47,234 bases of DNA from a virus. The notes under the pieces are model-generated. The model saw only the letters and a program-made list of their open reading frames with translations. It ran no database searches and had not been told where the DNA came from. Shown here one piece after another: positions 1 to 9,407 of this stretch; within the stretch, counting starts at the first letter, position 1, and every line of letters starts with the position of its first letter. A program made the translations under genes and the position numbers. The stretch lies in IMG/VR virus record IMGVR_UViG_3300028795_000002; one strand, given 5' to 3'.

Positions 1-127
1 GCACAAGCCTCCCTTTTGGAAAGACGTGCTGTCGCCGTTCGTAACAGCAAAGAGAACACGGTCATCCGAATCGACCCGGTGCAGTTCTTTACTAAATACA
101 CCTTTGTGCCATCCCCCGATGGTGGGT
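1..127. repeat. Terminal direct repeat (copy 1); identical to 47108-47234. Likely an assembly overlap of a circular or circularly permuted genome with unique length 47107 bp
   Basis: Read directly: gcacaagcctcccttttggaaagacg...ccccgatggtgggt occurs at both window ends. The portal reading frame is continuous across the junction. Confidence 0.95.
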
Positions 128-1284
128 TCTATGGATTAGGGCTTGGAGCTCTGCTCGGGCCTGTTAATGAGGCCGTCTCCACCATCATCAACCAACTGAT
201 TGATTGTGGGACAATGCAAACCACTGCTGGTGGCTGGATGGCACGTGGGGCTAGGATGAAAGCAGGAAAAACTAGCTTCGATCCGTTTGAATGGAAACAT
301 GTTGATTCGACTGGGGATGATTTGCGTAAGTCTATTTTCCCCCTCCCGGTGAATGCTCCTAGTGATGTTCTATTTCAGTTATTGGGTGTGCTTATTCAGT
401 ATGGGGAAAAGATCAGCTCGGCCACGGACATCATGACCGGGGTTTCTCCTGGGCAGAACACCCCGGCAACTACCTCCCAAGTGACTGTTGAACAAGGCAT
501 GATGCTCTTCTCCGGCATCCACAACCGGATGTATCGCTCCTTCCGCCACGAACTGACCATTCATTACAAGCTCAATCAGACTTTCTTCCAGCATTCTCCT
601 AGGTTCTGGGAACTCACGCAAGGCCCGGATGCAATTTTGCAAGCTGACGACTACCGGCAGGGCAACTTCCGGGTGTTTCCTTCAGCCGACCCGACTGTAG
701 TCAGCATGTCGCAGAGGAAAGAGAAAGCTGATAAGCTCGCGCAGGCAGCTATGACCCCCCTGGGAGCCCTCTGGGACAAGGCAGTGGTCTCTCGCATGTG
801 GCTGGAGGCTAACGAATGGGATGTGGAAGAGATATTCCCTGATCCGCAAGGCCCGCGTGCCGTCAAACCCCCGGTTGATCCGAAGACGCAGATTGCAATG
901 GCGAAGCTGGAGCAGGAAAAGCAGGAGCATCACGACGATATGCTGTTGGAAGTGGCGAAGTTGCAGCAGACTGTTGCCCTCAACAGAGCGAAGATCCTGG
1001 AATTGCGTGCACAAGCTGCAGAGAAATTCGCATCTGCAGACGGGGAAGGGACGAAAGAGCAGATTGGCTTGCTCAACGCTCGGATCGGAGCCCTCAAGTT
1101 GCACAACGACACTATCCTTAAAGGGGCCGATCTGGCCTTGAAGAAAGCAAAAACTGGCTCCGATGTGGAAGGGTCGTATCATAAAATGATGATGGACGTG
1201 CATGATCGGCTGACAGCGCAGGAAGCTGCCGATCGTGAAAACCTTCCCCAAACCCAACCGACTAATGATGGAGCGGCAACTTGA
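1..1284 (+). CDS. Portal protein, C-terminal part (continuation of 46115..47234)
   Basis: In frame from base 1. Bases 1-127 duplicate the window end. Long ORF with a coiled-coil, acidic C-terminus, directly downstream of the terminase. Confidence 0.8.
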   Translation, partial: AQASLLERRAVAVRNSKENTVIRIDPVQFFTKYTFVPSPDGGFYGLGLGALLGPVNEAVSTIINQLIDCGTMQTTAGGWMARGARMKAGKTSFDPFEWKHVDSTGDDLRKSIFPLPVNAPSDVLFQLLGVLIQYGEKISSATDIMTGVSPGQNTPATTSQVTVEQGMMLFSGIHNRMYRSFRHELTIHYKLNQTFFQHSPRFWELTQGPDAILQADDYRQGNFRVFPSADPTVVSMSQRKEKADKLAQAAMTPLGALWDKAVVSRMWLEANEWDVEEIFPDPQGPRAVKPPVDPKTQIAMAKLEQEKQEHHDDMLLEVAKLQQTVALNRAKILELRAQAAEKFASADGEGTKEQIGLLNARIGALKLHNDTILKGADLALKKAKTGSDVEGSYHKMMMDVHDRLTAQEAADRENLPQTQPTNDGAAT

Positions 1285-1556
1285 AACTCCCCCAAGACTA
1301 CGGCCCTGAGGATTTCCTCGGATGGCTGCAAAATCCCATCACGCAAACATTTCTGAATAGCCTGCGGGATGATCGACAGGAGATAATGGAGGCGTGGGCG
1401 AGGCGTGCCTACACAGGTGACGAGGGGCAGATGACCCTGCAGTTGAATGCTGTAGGGCTGGCTCAGGTCAAAACTATTGATGAATTGCTGCAGAATCTAG
1501 AATCGAGCGCTGATGAGGCTCGGGAGATGGTTGCGGAAAAGAATAGGAGAGGGTAA
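1281..1556 (+). CDS. Hypothetical head-module protein (91 aa if the TTG start is used)
   Basis: The ORF overlaps the portal stop (TTGA). An alternative ATG lies at 1386. No recognisable motif. Confidence 0.45.
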   Translation: MKLPQDYGPEDFLGWLQNPITQTFLNSLRDDRQEIMEAWARRAYTGDEGQMTLQLNAVGLAQVKTIDELLQNLESSADEAREMVAEKNRRG

Positions 1557-1927
1557 TGGCAGAGTATCTCCAACCCGGCTGGCGCACTACCAACAAAGGC
1601 CCCAATCCAGATAACAAATCCGGGTTTCGAGCGACGGGACACCGTATCTTGCTGGAGACTGAGGAAGTCGAAAAGAAATCCGCTGGTGGGATTGTCTTCA
1701 TCGAAAAGACTGTTGTAGCTGAAGCCAACCGCGCGCAGGTTTGCACTGTGCTAGAGATTGGGCCGGATGCGTGGTCGGATAAGTCTACAGACTATTGTGA
1801 GGTTGGCGATCGTGTGCTGGTTGGGCAGTATGTTGGCAAAATGCACGAATCCCCGATTGATGGTAAAACTTACAGGTTTGTCGCTGACCTGGATATCATC
1901 AGCCCACTGCCGAAGAAGGAAGTATGA
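1556..1927 (+). CDS. Co-chaperonin GroES/Cpn10 homolog
   Basis: RILLETEEVEKKSAGGIV...VGDRVLVGQYVG...DLDII aligns by eye with E. coli GroES (RVIVKRKEVETKSAGGIV...VGDIVIF...SDILAIV). RBS GGAGAGGG upstream. Confidence 0.8.
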   Translation: MAEYLQPGWRTTNKGPNPDNKSGFRATGHRILLETEEVEKKSAGGIVFIEKTVVAEANRAQVCTVLEIGPDAWSDKSTDYCEVGDRVLVGQYVGKMHESPIDGKTYRFVADLDIISPLPKKEV

Positions 1928-2124
1928 GTTACCAGATCAACTGGAAGGTGTTCGTGTGTGACCTCGGGCTCACCGAAGATGAAATTAAAGAGGTCTCTTC
2001 GAACAAAGTTCAAGTGGCTTTGCACACTGCGATCATCAAAGAGCTTCTTTTCCTCTTCCCAGATCTGCAGAATAAATTGCAAACCGGACTCAGCCCCTCA
2101 GAAGTCGTTTTCCTCCGGGATTAA
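1924..2124 (+). CDS. Hypothetical protein (66 aa)
   Basis: ATGA overlap with the GroES-like stop. Its stop codon lies inside palindromic element copy 1. Confidence 0.5.
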   Translation: MSYQINWKVFVCDLGLTEDEIKEVSSNKVQVALHTAIIKELLFLFPDLQNKLQTGLSPSEVVFLRD

Positions 2125-2147
2125 TAATTTGTAATCCCGGTAAATAA
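2108..2147. repeat. Palindromic intergenic element, copy 1
   Basis: TTTTCCTCCGGGATTAATAATTTGTAATCCCGGTAAATAA. It contains the stop codon of 1924..2124. Confidence 0.85.
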
Positions 2148-2153
2148 CCGTAG

Positions 2154-2179
2154 TTCCATAACTGGAGTTATAGCAATGA
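2154..2179 (+). repeat. 26-bp direct repeat (copy 1) carrying RBS and ATG
   Basis: TTCCAtaACTGGAGTTATAGCAATGA versus 2438-2463 TTCCActACTGGAGTTATAGCAATGA (24/26 identical). Confidence 0.9.
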
Positions 2180-2430
2180 ACATACAAAACCTCACACAAG
2201 CTGAAGTTTCACAAAATACAAATGACATCAAAAGTGCCACAGAAATTTTACATGCTGTCGCGGATATTCATAGAATGAAAATAACAAATGAGTCCCGGAT
2301 AGAACTTATCCAACGGCAAGTAGAACGATTGTATGAACTTCGCCGTGGTGCCCCCACTGGAGAACGTCATGTTGAAAAGTCCATAGAGCAGATCGAAGGT
2401 GTTCTTCGGAATCTTAAAGGTCTACACTAA
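2176..2430 (+). CDS. Hypothetical coiled-coil protein (84 aa)
   Basis: RBS GGAG 9 nt upstream. The whole gene is bracketed by 26-bp direct repeats (2154-2179 and 2438-2463). Confidence 0.55.
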   Translation: MNIQNLTQAEVSQNTNDIKSATEILHAVADIHRMKITNESRIELIQRQVERLYELRRGAPTGERHVEKSIEQIEGVLRNLKGLH

Positions 2431-2437
2431 ATAGAAT

Positions 2438-2463
2438 TTCCACTACTGGAGTTATAGCAATGA
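2438..2463 (+). repeat. 26-bp direct repeat (copy 2) carrying RBS and ATG
   Basis: See 2154-2179. Confidence 0.9.
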
Positions 2464-3404
2464 GCCTTGCTTTGAGAAAATTATTCCGCCAACTGCACGA
2501 AGAACAGACCGGGGAGGGTGGGGAGGGTGGTGGAGGTTCCGACCACGATACCGCAGTTGCCCGCGAGCAGGAACTCGAAGCCTCCCGCAAGGGCTGGCAG
2601 CCGAAGCACAAGTACAAAGGCCCTGAAGGTGGTTGGAAGGACGCTGCAACCTTCCTGGCAGATGGTGCTCGCTACAACAACCGACTGCAGGACGAGCTTG
2701 CTCAAGTCAAACGGGAACTTGCTGAATTTAAGGGCACCGCAAAACAATTCTCCGAATTTCAACAGCGGCAAATCGAGTCCCGAGATGCTGAAATCGGCTC
2801 CCTGCTCCGCGACCTCAAGAACCAGCAACGCGCAGCTATTCGGGACGGCGATGATGCCACTGCTGATGCTCTTGACGACCGCATTGAAATCCTCACAGAC
2901 GAACGAGCGAACGTCAAAAAGCAGATTGAAGACACCAAGCAATCTAAAGATCCTCAAGCAGCCAACCGCCCTCCGGTAGTCAATGAGGACGGAACCACCA
3001 GTGACCCCACGGTCACAGCCTGGATCGAAGATGGCAATAGCTGGTTCCGCGAATCTCGCCCTATGCGTGAATATGGCTTTGCTCTTGCCAATGAGTTGAT
3101 GGCTAATGGAGAAACCAAACGCGGTCGGCCCTTCCTCGACCTCATCACAGAGAAGATGAAAGAAGCCTTCCCATTAAAGTTTGATGAAGGCCGGAGCGAT
3201 CCGACACGACGAGGGAATATGACGGAATCTGGTGGCGGTGGTGGTTCTGGGGGCCAAAAGTACACGGTCAATGATCTGCCTGAAGCCGACCGAGAATTGA
3301 TGAAGGTAGGCATTCGCCAGGGCTGGACAACCGAAGCGACTTTCCTCAAGAACTATTTCGACGACTCCCCCCACATCCATCGAACCGCTGAAAAGAAAAA
3401 GTAA
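2460..3404 (+). CDS. Putative scaffolding protein (314 aa, coiled-coil, Gly-rich linkers)
   Basis: Lies between portal and capsid. Long charged heptad-like region (RLQDELAQVKRELAEFKG...) with low-complexity GEGGEGGGG and GGGGGSGG tracts. Call rests on position and composition only. Confidence 0.5.
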   Translation: MSLALRKLFRQLHEEQTGEGGEGGGGSDHDTAVAREQELEASRKGWQPKHKYKGPEGGWKDAATFLADGARYNNRLQDELAQVKRELAEFKGTAKQFSEFQQRQIESRDAEIGSLLRDLKNQQRAAIRDGDDATADALDDRIEILTDERANVKKQIEDTKQSKDPQAANRPPVVNEDGTTSDPTVTAWIEDGNSWFRESRPMREYGFALANELMANGETKRGRPFLDLITEKMKEAFPLKFDEGRSDPTRRGNMTESGGGGGSGGQKYTVNDLPEADRELMKVGIRQGWTTEATFLKNYFDDSPHIHRTAEKKK

Positions 3405-3453
3405 CTCCCCCTTTCTCAGCACTTCTCCTTTCCTTTCTCTTTGAGGTATTCTC

Positions 3454-4056
3454 GTGGATAATGAAACCAAGACCGCAGCCGGGGCATTCCAAAAATCCCC
3501 CGACACGGACACCAACCGACTCTTACAAGCCCGTCGCCAAGGCCGCTCTCTCCGGGAATCCCGAGAGGATGGCACAGCCCCCCGCGAGCGGGAGAATGAT
3601 TTGGGAGGTCTCACCCTCCAGTTGCACGTTCACGGAGAAATCCCCGGCCACAAGTTGGCTTGGGTCAACGACGAGGACGGAGCAATCGAACACAAGCTTC
3701 ATCAAGGTTTTGATTTCGTCACACAAGACGAGTTATATGCAAGGCAAGCAAAGATCGTCCCGGATGAGGAAATTAGCAGTGTGATTTCCCGATTCGTGAA
3801 AGGGACTCGCAGCGATGGGCAGGCTCTTCGGGCTTACCTGTTGAAGTGTCCTGAGGATCTTTGGGCTGAAATCGAATCGCGCCGGTATCGGGCTGCAGAT
3901 AAGTGGGACGCAGACATCCGCAGGCAGGCAGAAGATCCAGACCAACGCGCTGGCCTCCGCAGCCTCAGGAATCTGAGAACTGAAATCGATACTGGCTACA
4001 AGAGAGAATACGAGCTGGGGCAAGCCGCAAAAGAGCGCGGTCGTTCTAGCGAGTAA
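3454..4056 (+). CDS. Hypothetical head-assembly-module protein (200 aa, GTG start)
   Basis: GAGG lies 7 nt upstream of the GTG. Charged, Arg-rich termini. Lies between the scaffold-like gene and the capsid genes. Confidence 0.5.
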   Translation: MDNETKTAAGAFQKSPDTDTNRLLQARRQGRSLRESREDGTAPRERENDLGGLTLQLHVHGEIPGHKLAWVNDEDGAIEHKLHQGFDFVTQDELYARQAKIVPDEEISSVISRFVKGTRSDGQALRAYLLKCPEDLWAEIESRRYRAADKWDADIRRQAEDPDQRAGLRSLRNLRTEIDTGYKREYELGQAAKERGRSSE

Positions 4057-4113
4057 TCCGCAACTTGGGGCTGGGTCGGCCCCTCTCAACAAACCCTAAC
4101 TTCTAGGGAGACC

Positions 4114-4734
4114 ATGATGGCGAATTTTACCCAACCCCGTGGCTTCGTTCCCGCTCGCTATATGAATGGCGCAGCGTGGAGCGGAGGCGGGAACATGTAT
4201 TACATCCCTGCTTCTGATACTAACCAGTATAATCCTGGCGATGTCGTGCTGACGGCCGCAGTTGGTGCTGATGCCAACGGTATTCCGGCAGTCACGAAGA
4301 ACACCACAGGTACGGGCGTGGTTCGTGGCGTGGTGATCGGTTGCCTCACAGCAAACCCGAACAACCCTTCGCTGGTCGGCACGAACATCGACCTGACGAT
4401 CCAGAACATCCCGGCTACGAAAACCAAAGCATACTACGTGCTGGTGGTGGACGATCCGAAGGTGGTTTTCCAGATCCAGGATGACGGCATCACCACGGCC
4501 AACCTGGTCGCGGCAAGTGTGGGCCTCAATGCATCCTTCACTGTGACCAACCCAACGGCCCCTTCGCAGAACTCCGCAACGGTTCTCCTGTCGAGTTCCT
4601 TCGCAACCACCGCTGCGCTAACCGTCAAGCTCTTCGGCCTCTCCCAGATTCCGAATAACGCGTTCGGCGCTAATGCGACCTGGGATGTGATCTTCAACCA
4701 ACACGAATTCCAAGGCAACACTGCCGGCGTTTAA
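4114..4734 (+). CDS. Capsid-associated protein, possibly a head decoration protein (206 aa)
   Basis: Lies immediately upstream of the major capsid gene. Beta-rich, Gly/Val/Thr-rich. The product call is positional only. Confidence 0.45.
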   Translation: MMANFTQPRGFVPARYMNGAAWSGGGNMYYIPASDTNQYNPGDVVLTAAVGADANGIPAVTKNTTGTGVVRGVVIGCLTANPNNPSLVGTNIDLTIQNIPATKTKAYYVLVVDDPKVVFQIQDDGITTANLVAASVGLNASFTVTNPTAPSQNSATVLLSSSFATTAALTVKLFGLSQIPNNAFGANATWDVIFNQHEFQGNTAGV

Positions 4735-4763
4735 TTCGTAATCGCTAATTAAGGAGAATTACC

Positions 4764-5678
4764 ATGCCAGGTATTGTCAATACAGGCTCCTACCCCAAGG
4801 GACTATGGGAAGGGGTAAAAAGCTGGTGGGATTCGGCAGCTCCGGGTGCCCCGGAGTTTGCCCCCATGATGTTCCGCAAGTACGAATCGGATAAGAACTA
4901 CGAAGAGTACGTGCAGAGCGTTGGCCTGGGCCTTGCGGTGTTCAAGCCGGAAAGCCAGCCAATCAGCTACGACACGATGCAACAGGGTTTCATCACCCGT
5001 GGCACGAACGTAGCGTACGGTCTGGGGATCATTGTCACTCACGAAGAGTTGAAGGATAACCTCTACGTGAAGCTGACCCAGGGCCGTGTTGAGCGCCTTC
5101 GTCGGGCCTTCCGTGAAACGAAAAACATCAATGCCACGAATGTGTTCAATCGGGCCTTCAACTCCGCATATCTTGGCGGTGATGGGGTTTCCCTGCTGAA
5201 CACGGCCCATCCGAACTTCTCGGCAGGCACCTGGCAGAATAAGATGGCTATCGATGCGGCGCTTTCGCAAGCAGCTGTTGAAGACATGCTGATCTTGATG
5301 ATGCAGTCGAAAGACGATCGCGGGTATATCGAGCCGTTGTCTGGGGACAAGCTGATTGTCCATCCGAACAACATCATGAATGCTGATCGGATTTTGAAAA
5401 CCGCCAAGGCTGTCGGAAACAACAACAACGATATCAACCCGATCAATACCGAAGGGTATTTGTCCGGCGGTCGTGTCAGCAATCCGTACCTGACGGCAGC
5501 CGATCCGTGGTTCATCACCACCGGCATTCAAGATGGCATGATCTGGCAAGAGCGTGAGCCGTTGGAGATCTGGGAAGACAATGACGCAGATACCCGGAAC
5601 TACAAAGTAGGTGCCTACGAACGTTATACCTTCCTGTGGGCTAATCCGCGTGGTCTGTTCGGCAGCAACGCAGCCTAA
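4764..5678 (+). CDS. Major capsid protein (HK97-fold type inferred), 304 aa
   Basis: Strong RBS (TAAGGAGA). Size, composition and position fit a major capsid protein: after scaffold/decoration-like genes and before the head-tail genes. Confidence 0.75.
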   Translation: MPGIVNTGSYPKGLWEGVKSWWDSAAPGAPEFAPMMFRKYESDKNYEEYVQSVGLGLAVFKPESQPISYDTMQQGFITRGTNVAYGLGIIVTHEELKDNLYVKLTQGRVERLRRAFRETKNINATNVFNRAFNSAYLGGDGVSLLNTAHPNFSAGTWQNKMAIDAALSQAAVEDMLILMMQSKDDRGYIEPLSGDKLIVHPNNIMNADRILKTAKAVGNNNNDINPINTEGYLSGGRVSNPYLTAADPWFITTGIQDGMIWQEREPLEIWEDNDADTRNYKVGAYERYTFLWANPRGLFGSNAA

Positions 5679-5719
5679 TTTTCCCCCGTGATTACTAATT
5701 TGTAATCCCGGTAGGAAAC
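5679..5719. repeat. Palindromic intergenic element, copy 2
   Basis: TTTTCCCCCGTGATTACTAATTTGTAATCCCGGTAGGAAAC. It starts at the first base after the capsid gene's TAA. Confidence 0.9.
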
Positions 5720-5795
5720 TACCCCTCAGGGGAGCTATTGAAGTTAGCCCTAGGCTACACTCTCGACAGCTCCCCTTCCTTATTTGGAGAACAGC

Positions 5796-6587
5796 ATGCC
5801 TGCAAAACTCTCACGCACGACTAGAATGCCCTACGGCTTCACCAATGCCGCCTATCGTCAGACCATGGGTAATTCGGGAGTCCCCGATCCGACCTGGGCC
5901 CGCGTTATCGCTCTCGAATACATCAACAATGGCGATCTGACCGCTCTCACGGCGGGAGGTTCTGCTGTAATGGCTACCGCAACCGGTGTTGGTGGTTCCG
6001 CTACCCTCACGACCGGCGCGGCGGCTAATACTCTCGGAGCCTATGCCACTACCCAAGCCGTTTTCCAAGTCCCCACAGTCGCCAACAACCTCGGACGGAT
6101 GTTCTTCAAGTGGCAAGGGTCGATCGACTCTCTCTTGGGGACTTTGCAAGTGGGCTTCGTCGCTTCGGCAGCCTCCAGCCCCCAAGGTGTCTACATCCAG
6201 TCGACCGTAACGACCGGCGCTCTGTCTCTGATTGTCAAGAATGGTTCTGGCACCACCACAGTCCCGTTCCCAGCAAACCTAGCTCTCGTTGCTGGAACTT
6301 CCGTCGAACTCGGAATTGAAATCGACACCCTCGGTAATGTCTTCGGTTATTACAATCCGACAACTGGGGCGGAACCCATCACCGGCACTGTCCCTTCCAC
6401 CCCCATCGGCACGGTAGCTAATGGCCCGGTTGTCGCAGCTTACAACCAGCTCAATGGCGCCCTCACCGGGCTTTTCCTGCCGACAGCAGCTCTTTACACA
6501 TCTCAAGGGGCAATCCCGACCACTGCCGTGGCCCGCGTCTTGACTGTCAACTTCTTCGTGGCCGTCCAAGAAGTCACCCCCAACTAA
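5796..6587 (+). CDS. Hypothetical virion protein, Ala/Gly/Thr-rich (263 aa from ATG 5796; the track's TTG is at 5784)
   Basis: GGAG 6 nt upstream of ATG 5796. Lies in the structural module. Confidence 0.55.
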   Translation: MPAKLSRTTRMPYGFTNAAYRQTMGNSGVPDPTWARVIALEYINNGDLTALTAGGSAVMATATGVGGSATLTTGAAANTLGAYATTQAVFQVPTVANNLGRMFFKWQGSIDSLLGTLQVGFVASAASSPQGVYIQSTVTTGALSLIVKNGSGTTTVPFPANLALVAGTSVELGIEIDTLGNVFGYYNPTTGAEPITGTVPSTPIGTVANGPVVAAYNQLNGALTGLFLPTAALYTSQGAIPTTAVARVLTVNFFVAVQEVTPN

Positions 6588-6600
6588 TTAAGAGGCCGTC

Positions 6601-7041
6601 ATGGCAAATTCAGTAACCATCCAAACGATCATCGACGGCCCTCGTAATGCAGTGGTAAAGATTACTGGAGTTCTCGATACGTCAGATGTAGCTCCGGTGC
6701 AGGTGGCAATTCCTGCAAACATGATGCATATTTTCCAGTCTCTACCTTTCCCTTTGCTGAAGATCGAGCATATTGACTACTCGATTGGGGCAAATCTGGA
6801 GATTATTCTTTCCTGGGGGCTTGCTGCAGGGGCCGGTCCGGGGGCCGCTATTCTCCCGATTGCCGGTCGTGGTCGGATGTCTTTTTATGACTTCGGGGGG
6901 CTGACCAACAACCAATCCCCGACCGATGGCAGTATCTGGCTGCAAACCACAGGCTGGGCAGCGACTCCCGATGCTGTTAATGTCTTCAGTGTGGTGCTGG
7001 AGCTTATCAAAACTGGTGGGATTGGGGTAGGAGTTAAATGA
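6601..7041 (+). CDS. Hypothetical virion protein (146 aa)
   Basis: RBS AGAGG. Lies in the structural module. Confidence 0.55.
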   Translation: MANSVTIQTIIDGPRNAVVKITGVLDTSDVAPVQVAIPANMMHIFQSLPFPLLKIEHIDYSIGANLEIILSWGLAAGAGPGAAILPIAGRGRMSFYDFGGLTNNQSPTDGSIWLQTTGWAATPDAVNVFSVVLELIKTGGIGVGVK

Positions 7042-7181
7042 TGACGAAAACTAAGCCAAAGCACAAACCTGCTCACCAAAAGCCTTCAGCACATCAGGTC
7101 AAAGGTGGGGTAGCCGCTATGAGCCGTGCTATGCACGCTCGCGTGGCTTCGGCAGGTGTCAAAACGAATCGGAAGTATAAA
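7038..7181 (+). CDS. Possible small basic ORF (47 aa, MMTKTKPKHKPAHQKP...)
   Basis: ATGA overlap with the upstream stop. It fills an otherwise empty 158-nt gap. Below the ORF-track size cutoff and has no motif. Confidence 0.25.
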
Positions 7182-7199
7182 AAAGATTAAGGAATTGCG

Positions 7200-7907
7200 A
7201 TGCCAACCTACAGCGGAACCTATAACTTTGCACTCACCGCTCAACAGTTGGTGACGGCAGCCTTGAACAAAACGGGAGCTTTTGACGAGTATGAAACCAT
7301 ACCGGCACAGGATCTTGCGAATGTCCTGCAGGCTCTTGAGATAATGGTTAAGGAGATGGCCCTGGATGGGATGCCCCTCTGGTGTCTGCAGGATATTGCC
7401 TTTCCTACGGTTGTCGGGCAGGCGACTTACAACCTGTCAACTATTACGGGCAGCACTCTCCCACTGCGGATTCTCGATCAGTATATCGTTGACCAGTCCG
7501 GAAATAGCGTCACCCTCGTCATGACCTCCCGGTATGATTGGAATACCCTTGGACAGAAATTTGCTCCTGGAATCCCTAATCAAGTGTGGTACAACCCCCA
7601 ATTAGGGGCGGGGATTCTCACTCTTTATGATGTCCCCTCAGATAACACCCACACTATTCACGTAGTAACACAACTGCAAATGCAGGACGTGGGGGCGCTC
7701 ACGAACAATCTCGCCTTTCCTCAGGAAGCCTACCGTATGCTGCTCTGGTGTCTTACTGATGAAATCTCCCTTGACTACAGCATGCCTCCTAACGAACGCC
7801 TAGAAGTCAACCAGAAAGCTACCGGATTTAAGGAAAAATTCTGGAATGCTGAGTTTGGGCAAGAACAAGCCAGTGTCTTCCTGACCCCCTCCGAGCGGAG
7901 TCGATAA
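7200..7907 (+). CDS. Putative head-tail adaptor / tail tubular A-like protein (235 aa)
   Basis: Position and size match podovirus adaptor genes. It is followed by a larger overlapping gene (TAATG). Confidence 0.4.
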   Translation: MPTYSGTYNFALTAQQLVTAALNKTGAFDEYETIPAQDLANVLQALEIMVKEMALDGMPLWCLQDIAFPTVVGQATYNLSTITGSTLPLRILDQYIVDQSGNSVTLVMTSRYDWNTLGQKFAPGIPNQVWYNPQLGAGILTLYDVPSDNTHTIHVVTQLQMQDVGALTNNLAFPQEAYRMLLWCLTDEISLDYSMPPNERLEVNQKATGFKEKFWNAEFGQEQASVFLTPSERSR

Positions 7908-9358
7908 TGCGGACAGAAAACGATCTGCAAGACCTCCCCGTAACCTGGGCACATCCCATAGGTACACGTGACGGAACTCTAACCACTGACGCAAAAATGG
8001 TTAATTGTTTTACTGAAGCTACTGAAAATGGCAAAGGAACCATTATAAAGAGGCCTGGAACTGAGTACTATTCAGGAGCTTCTATCACGGGGACTGCGCA
8101 AGGCCAATTCTCCCACTTCGGAGCCAATTTCTTCATTGTTAACAATACCGCATATTCCTCATCGGCCAGTTCTGGGGCTGGAATTCCCATTCCTAGTGCT
8201 TTAATCCCCTATCAGCCTTTTGTTTCTTTAAGTTCCGAGGAAGCCGGAGCCCCGGCAACAGTAATTCAGGATCAATCAGGAAATCTGTGGACTTTTAATG
8301 GGGCTACTTTTACGAAAGTTACGGATGCCAATTACACTGGAACTGCCGTAGCACAGGGCATTGCCTATTTAGATGGTGTGTACTACGTGATACGTGTGGA
8401 TGGGCAGGTGATTGGGAGCGCTATCAATGACCCGACAACCTGGCCTGCTTTGGATTTTGTACAAGCTGATGTAACTTACAATGCGGGAATGACGGTCCTT
8501 CGGCATCTCAACTACATCATTGGATTCTATGATCAAGGGACTCAGGTCTTTTGGGATGCTAACGCGGCTCCTAACGGGTCCGGGATTGCGCTCCAACCTG
8601 TTCTTAATGCCTCTTTCACCACCGGCTGTTTCAACGGAGCTACCGTAGTAGAACAGAATGACATTTCATTTTGGGTAGCGAATACGGCGAAGTATGGTCG
8701 AACGGTGCAGACTTTTCAGGGGCTGCAGATGGTCCCGATCAGCACTCCCTTCATTGAAAAGATTCTTAATCAGAATTCCGTGACAGTCCTTTCAACGATG
8801 TGGGCTTTCGGGATTCAAATCGCCGGACATATTTTCTATGTGCTGACTATCCCAGCATTGAACATCTCCCTGGCCTATGACGTAACAACTCAATTGTGGT
8901 CTACCTGGTCTTCTGTGGTTGGGGGAGTAGAACAATACTTTACAGGTCGGTTCTACCAGAAAGAAGAAGGCAGTTCTGGAGGGTTCGTAGGAGATTCGTT
9001 GCAGGATGTGTCAACGGGCCGTCAGATGCTCATGCTTCCTACCCTATACACCGATGCAACAGGGGCCTTGAATGTCACCTGCATCACCCCTCCCTACGAT
9101 TGGAACACCTCCAATTACAAACGGATCAACTTCATGACGCAGATGGCAGATTCCATCAACACTTCAATTGGAATTTCCTTCAGCGACAACGACTACCAGA
9201 CTTTCAGCACCCCAAGACAGATGGACCTCAATGGGCCTCGCAATCAACTTCGTAACTGTGGTCGCAGCCGTCGTAGAATATGGAAGATGTTCCATCAAGA
9301 TAACACTCCGCTGCGGCTTTACGAGTGCCGTATGGATATGGATGTGTTGTCCAGATGA
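7907..9358 (+). CDS. Putative tail tubular B / nozzle-like protein (483 aa)
   Basis: Translationally coupled to 7200..7907. Beta-rich. Call rests on gene order only. Confidence 0.4.
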   Translation: MRTENDLQDLPVTWAHPIGTRDGTLTTDAKMVNCFTEATENGKGTIIKRPGTEYYSGASITGTAQGQFSHFGANFFIVNNTAYSSSASSGAGIPIPSALIPYQPFVSLSSEEAGAPATVIQDQSGNLWTFNGATFTKVTDANYTGTAVAQGIAYLDGVYYVIRVDGQVIGSAINDPTTWPALDFVQADVTYNAGMTVLRHLNYIIGFYDQGTQVFWDANAAPNGSGIALQPVLNASFTTGCFNGATVVEQNDISFWVANTAKYGRTVQTFQGLQMVPISTPFIEKILNQNSVTVLSTMWAFGIQIAGHIFYVLTIPALNISLAYDVTTQLWSTWSSVVGGVEQYFTGRFYQKEEGSSGGFVGDSLQDVSTGRQMLMLPTLYTDATGALNVTCITPPYDWNTSNYKRINFMTQMADSINTSIGISFSDNDYQTFSTPRQMDLNGPRNQLRNCGRSRRRIWKMFHQDNTPLRLYECRMDMDVLSR

Positions 9359-9365
9359 TTGGCGA

Positions 9366-9407
9366 GTTTCCCTCATACTTTACTAATTGTTAATCCCGGT
9401 GAAAAAC
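9366..9407. repeat. Palindromic intergenic element, copy 3
   Basis: GTTTCCCTCATACTTTACTAATTGTTAATCCCGGTGAAAAAC. It lies 8 nt after the stop of 7907..9358. Confidence 0.85.

Noticed and set aside
3405-3441. CT-rich polypyrimidine tract between the scaffold-like gene and 3454..4056
   Set aside because: It occurs only once and is short. It is probably just the spacer before the GAGG RBS, with no second copy or structure.
4803-5549. 248-aa and 154-aa minus-strand ORFs inside the capsid gene
   Set aside because: They are shadows of the major capsid ORF in a plus-strand operon, with no start context.
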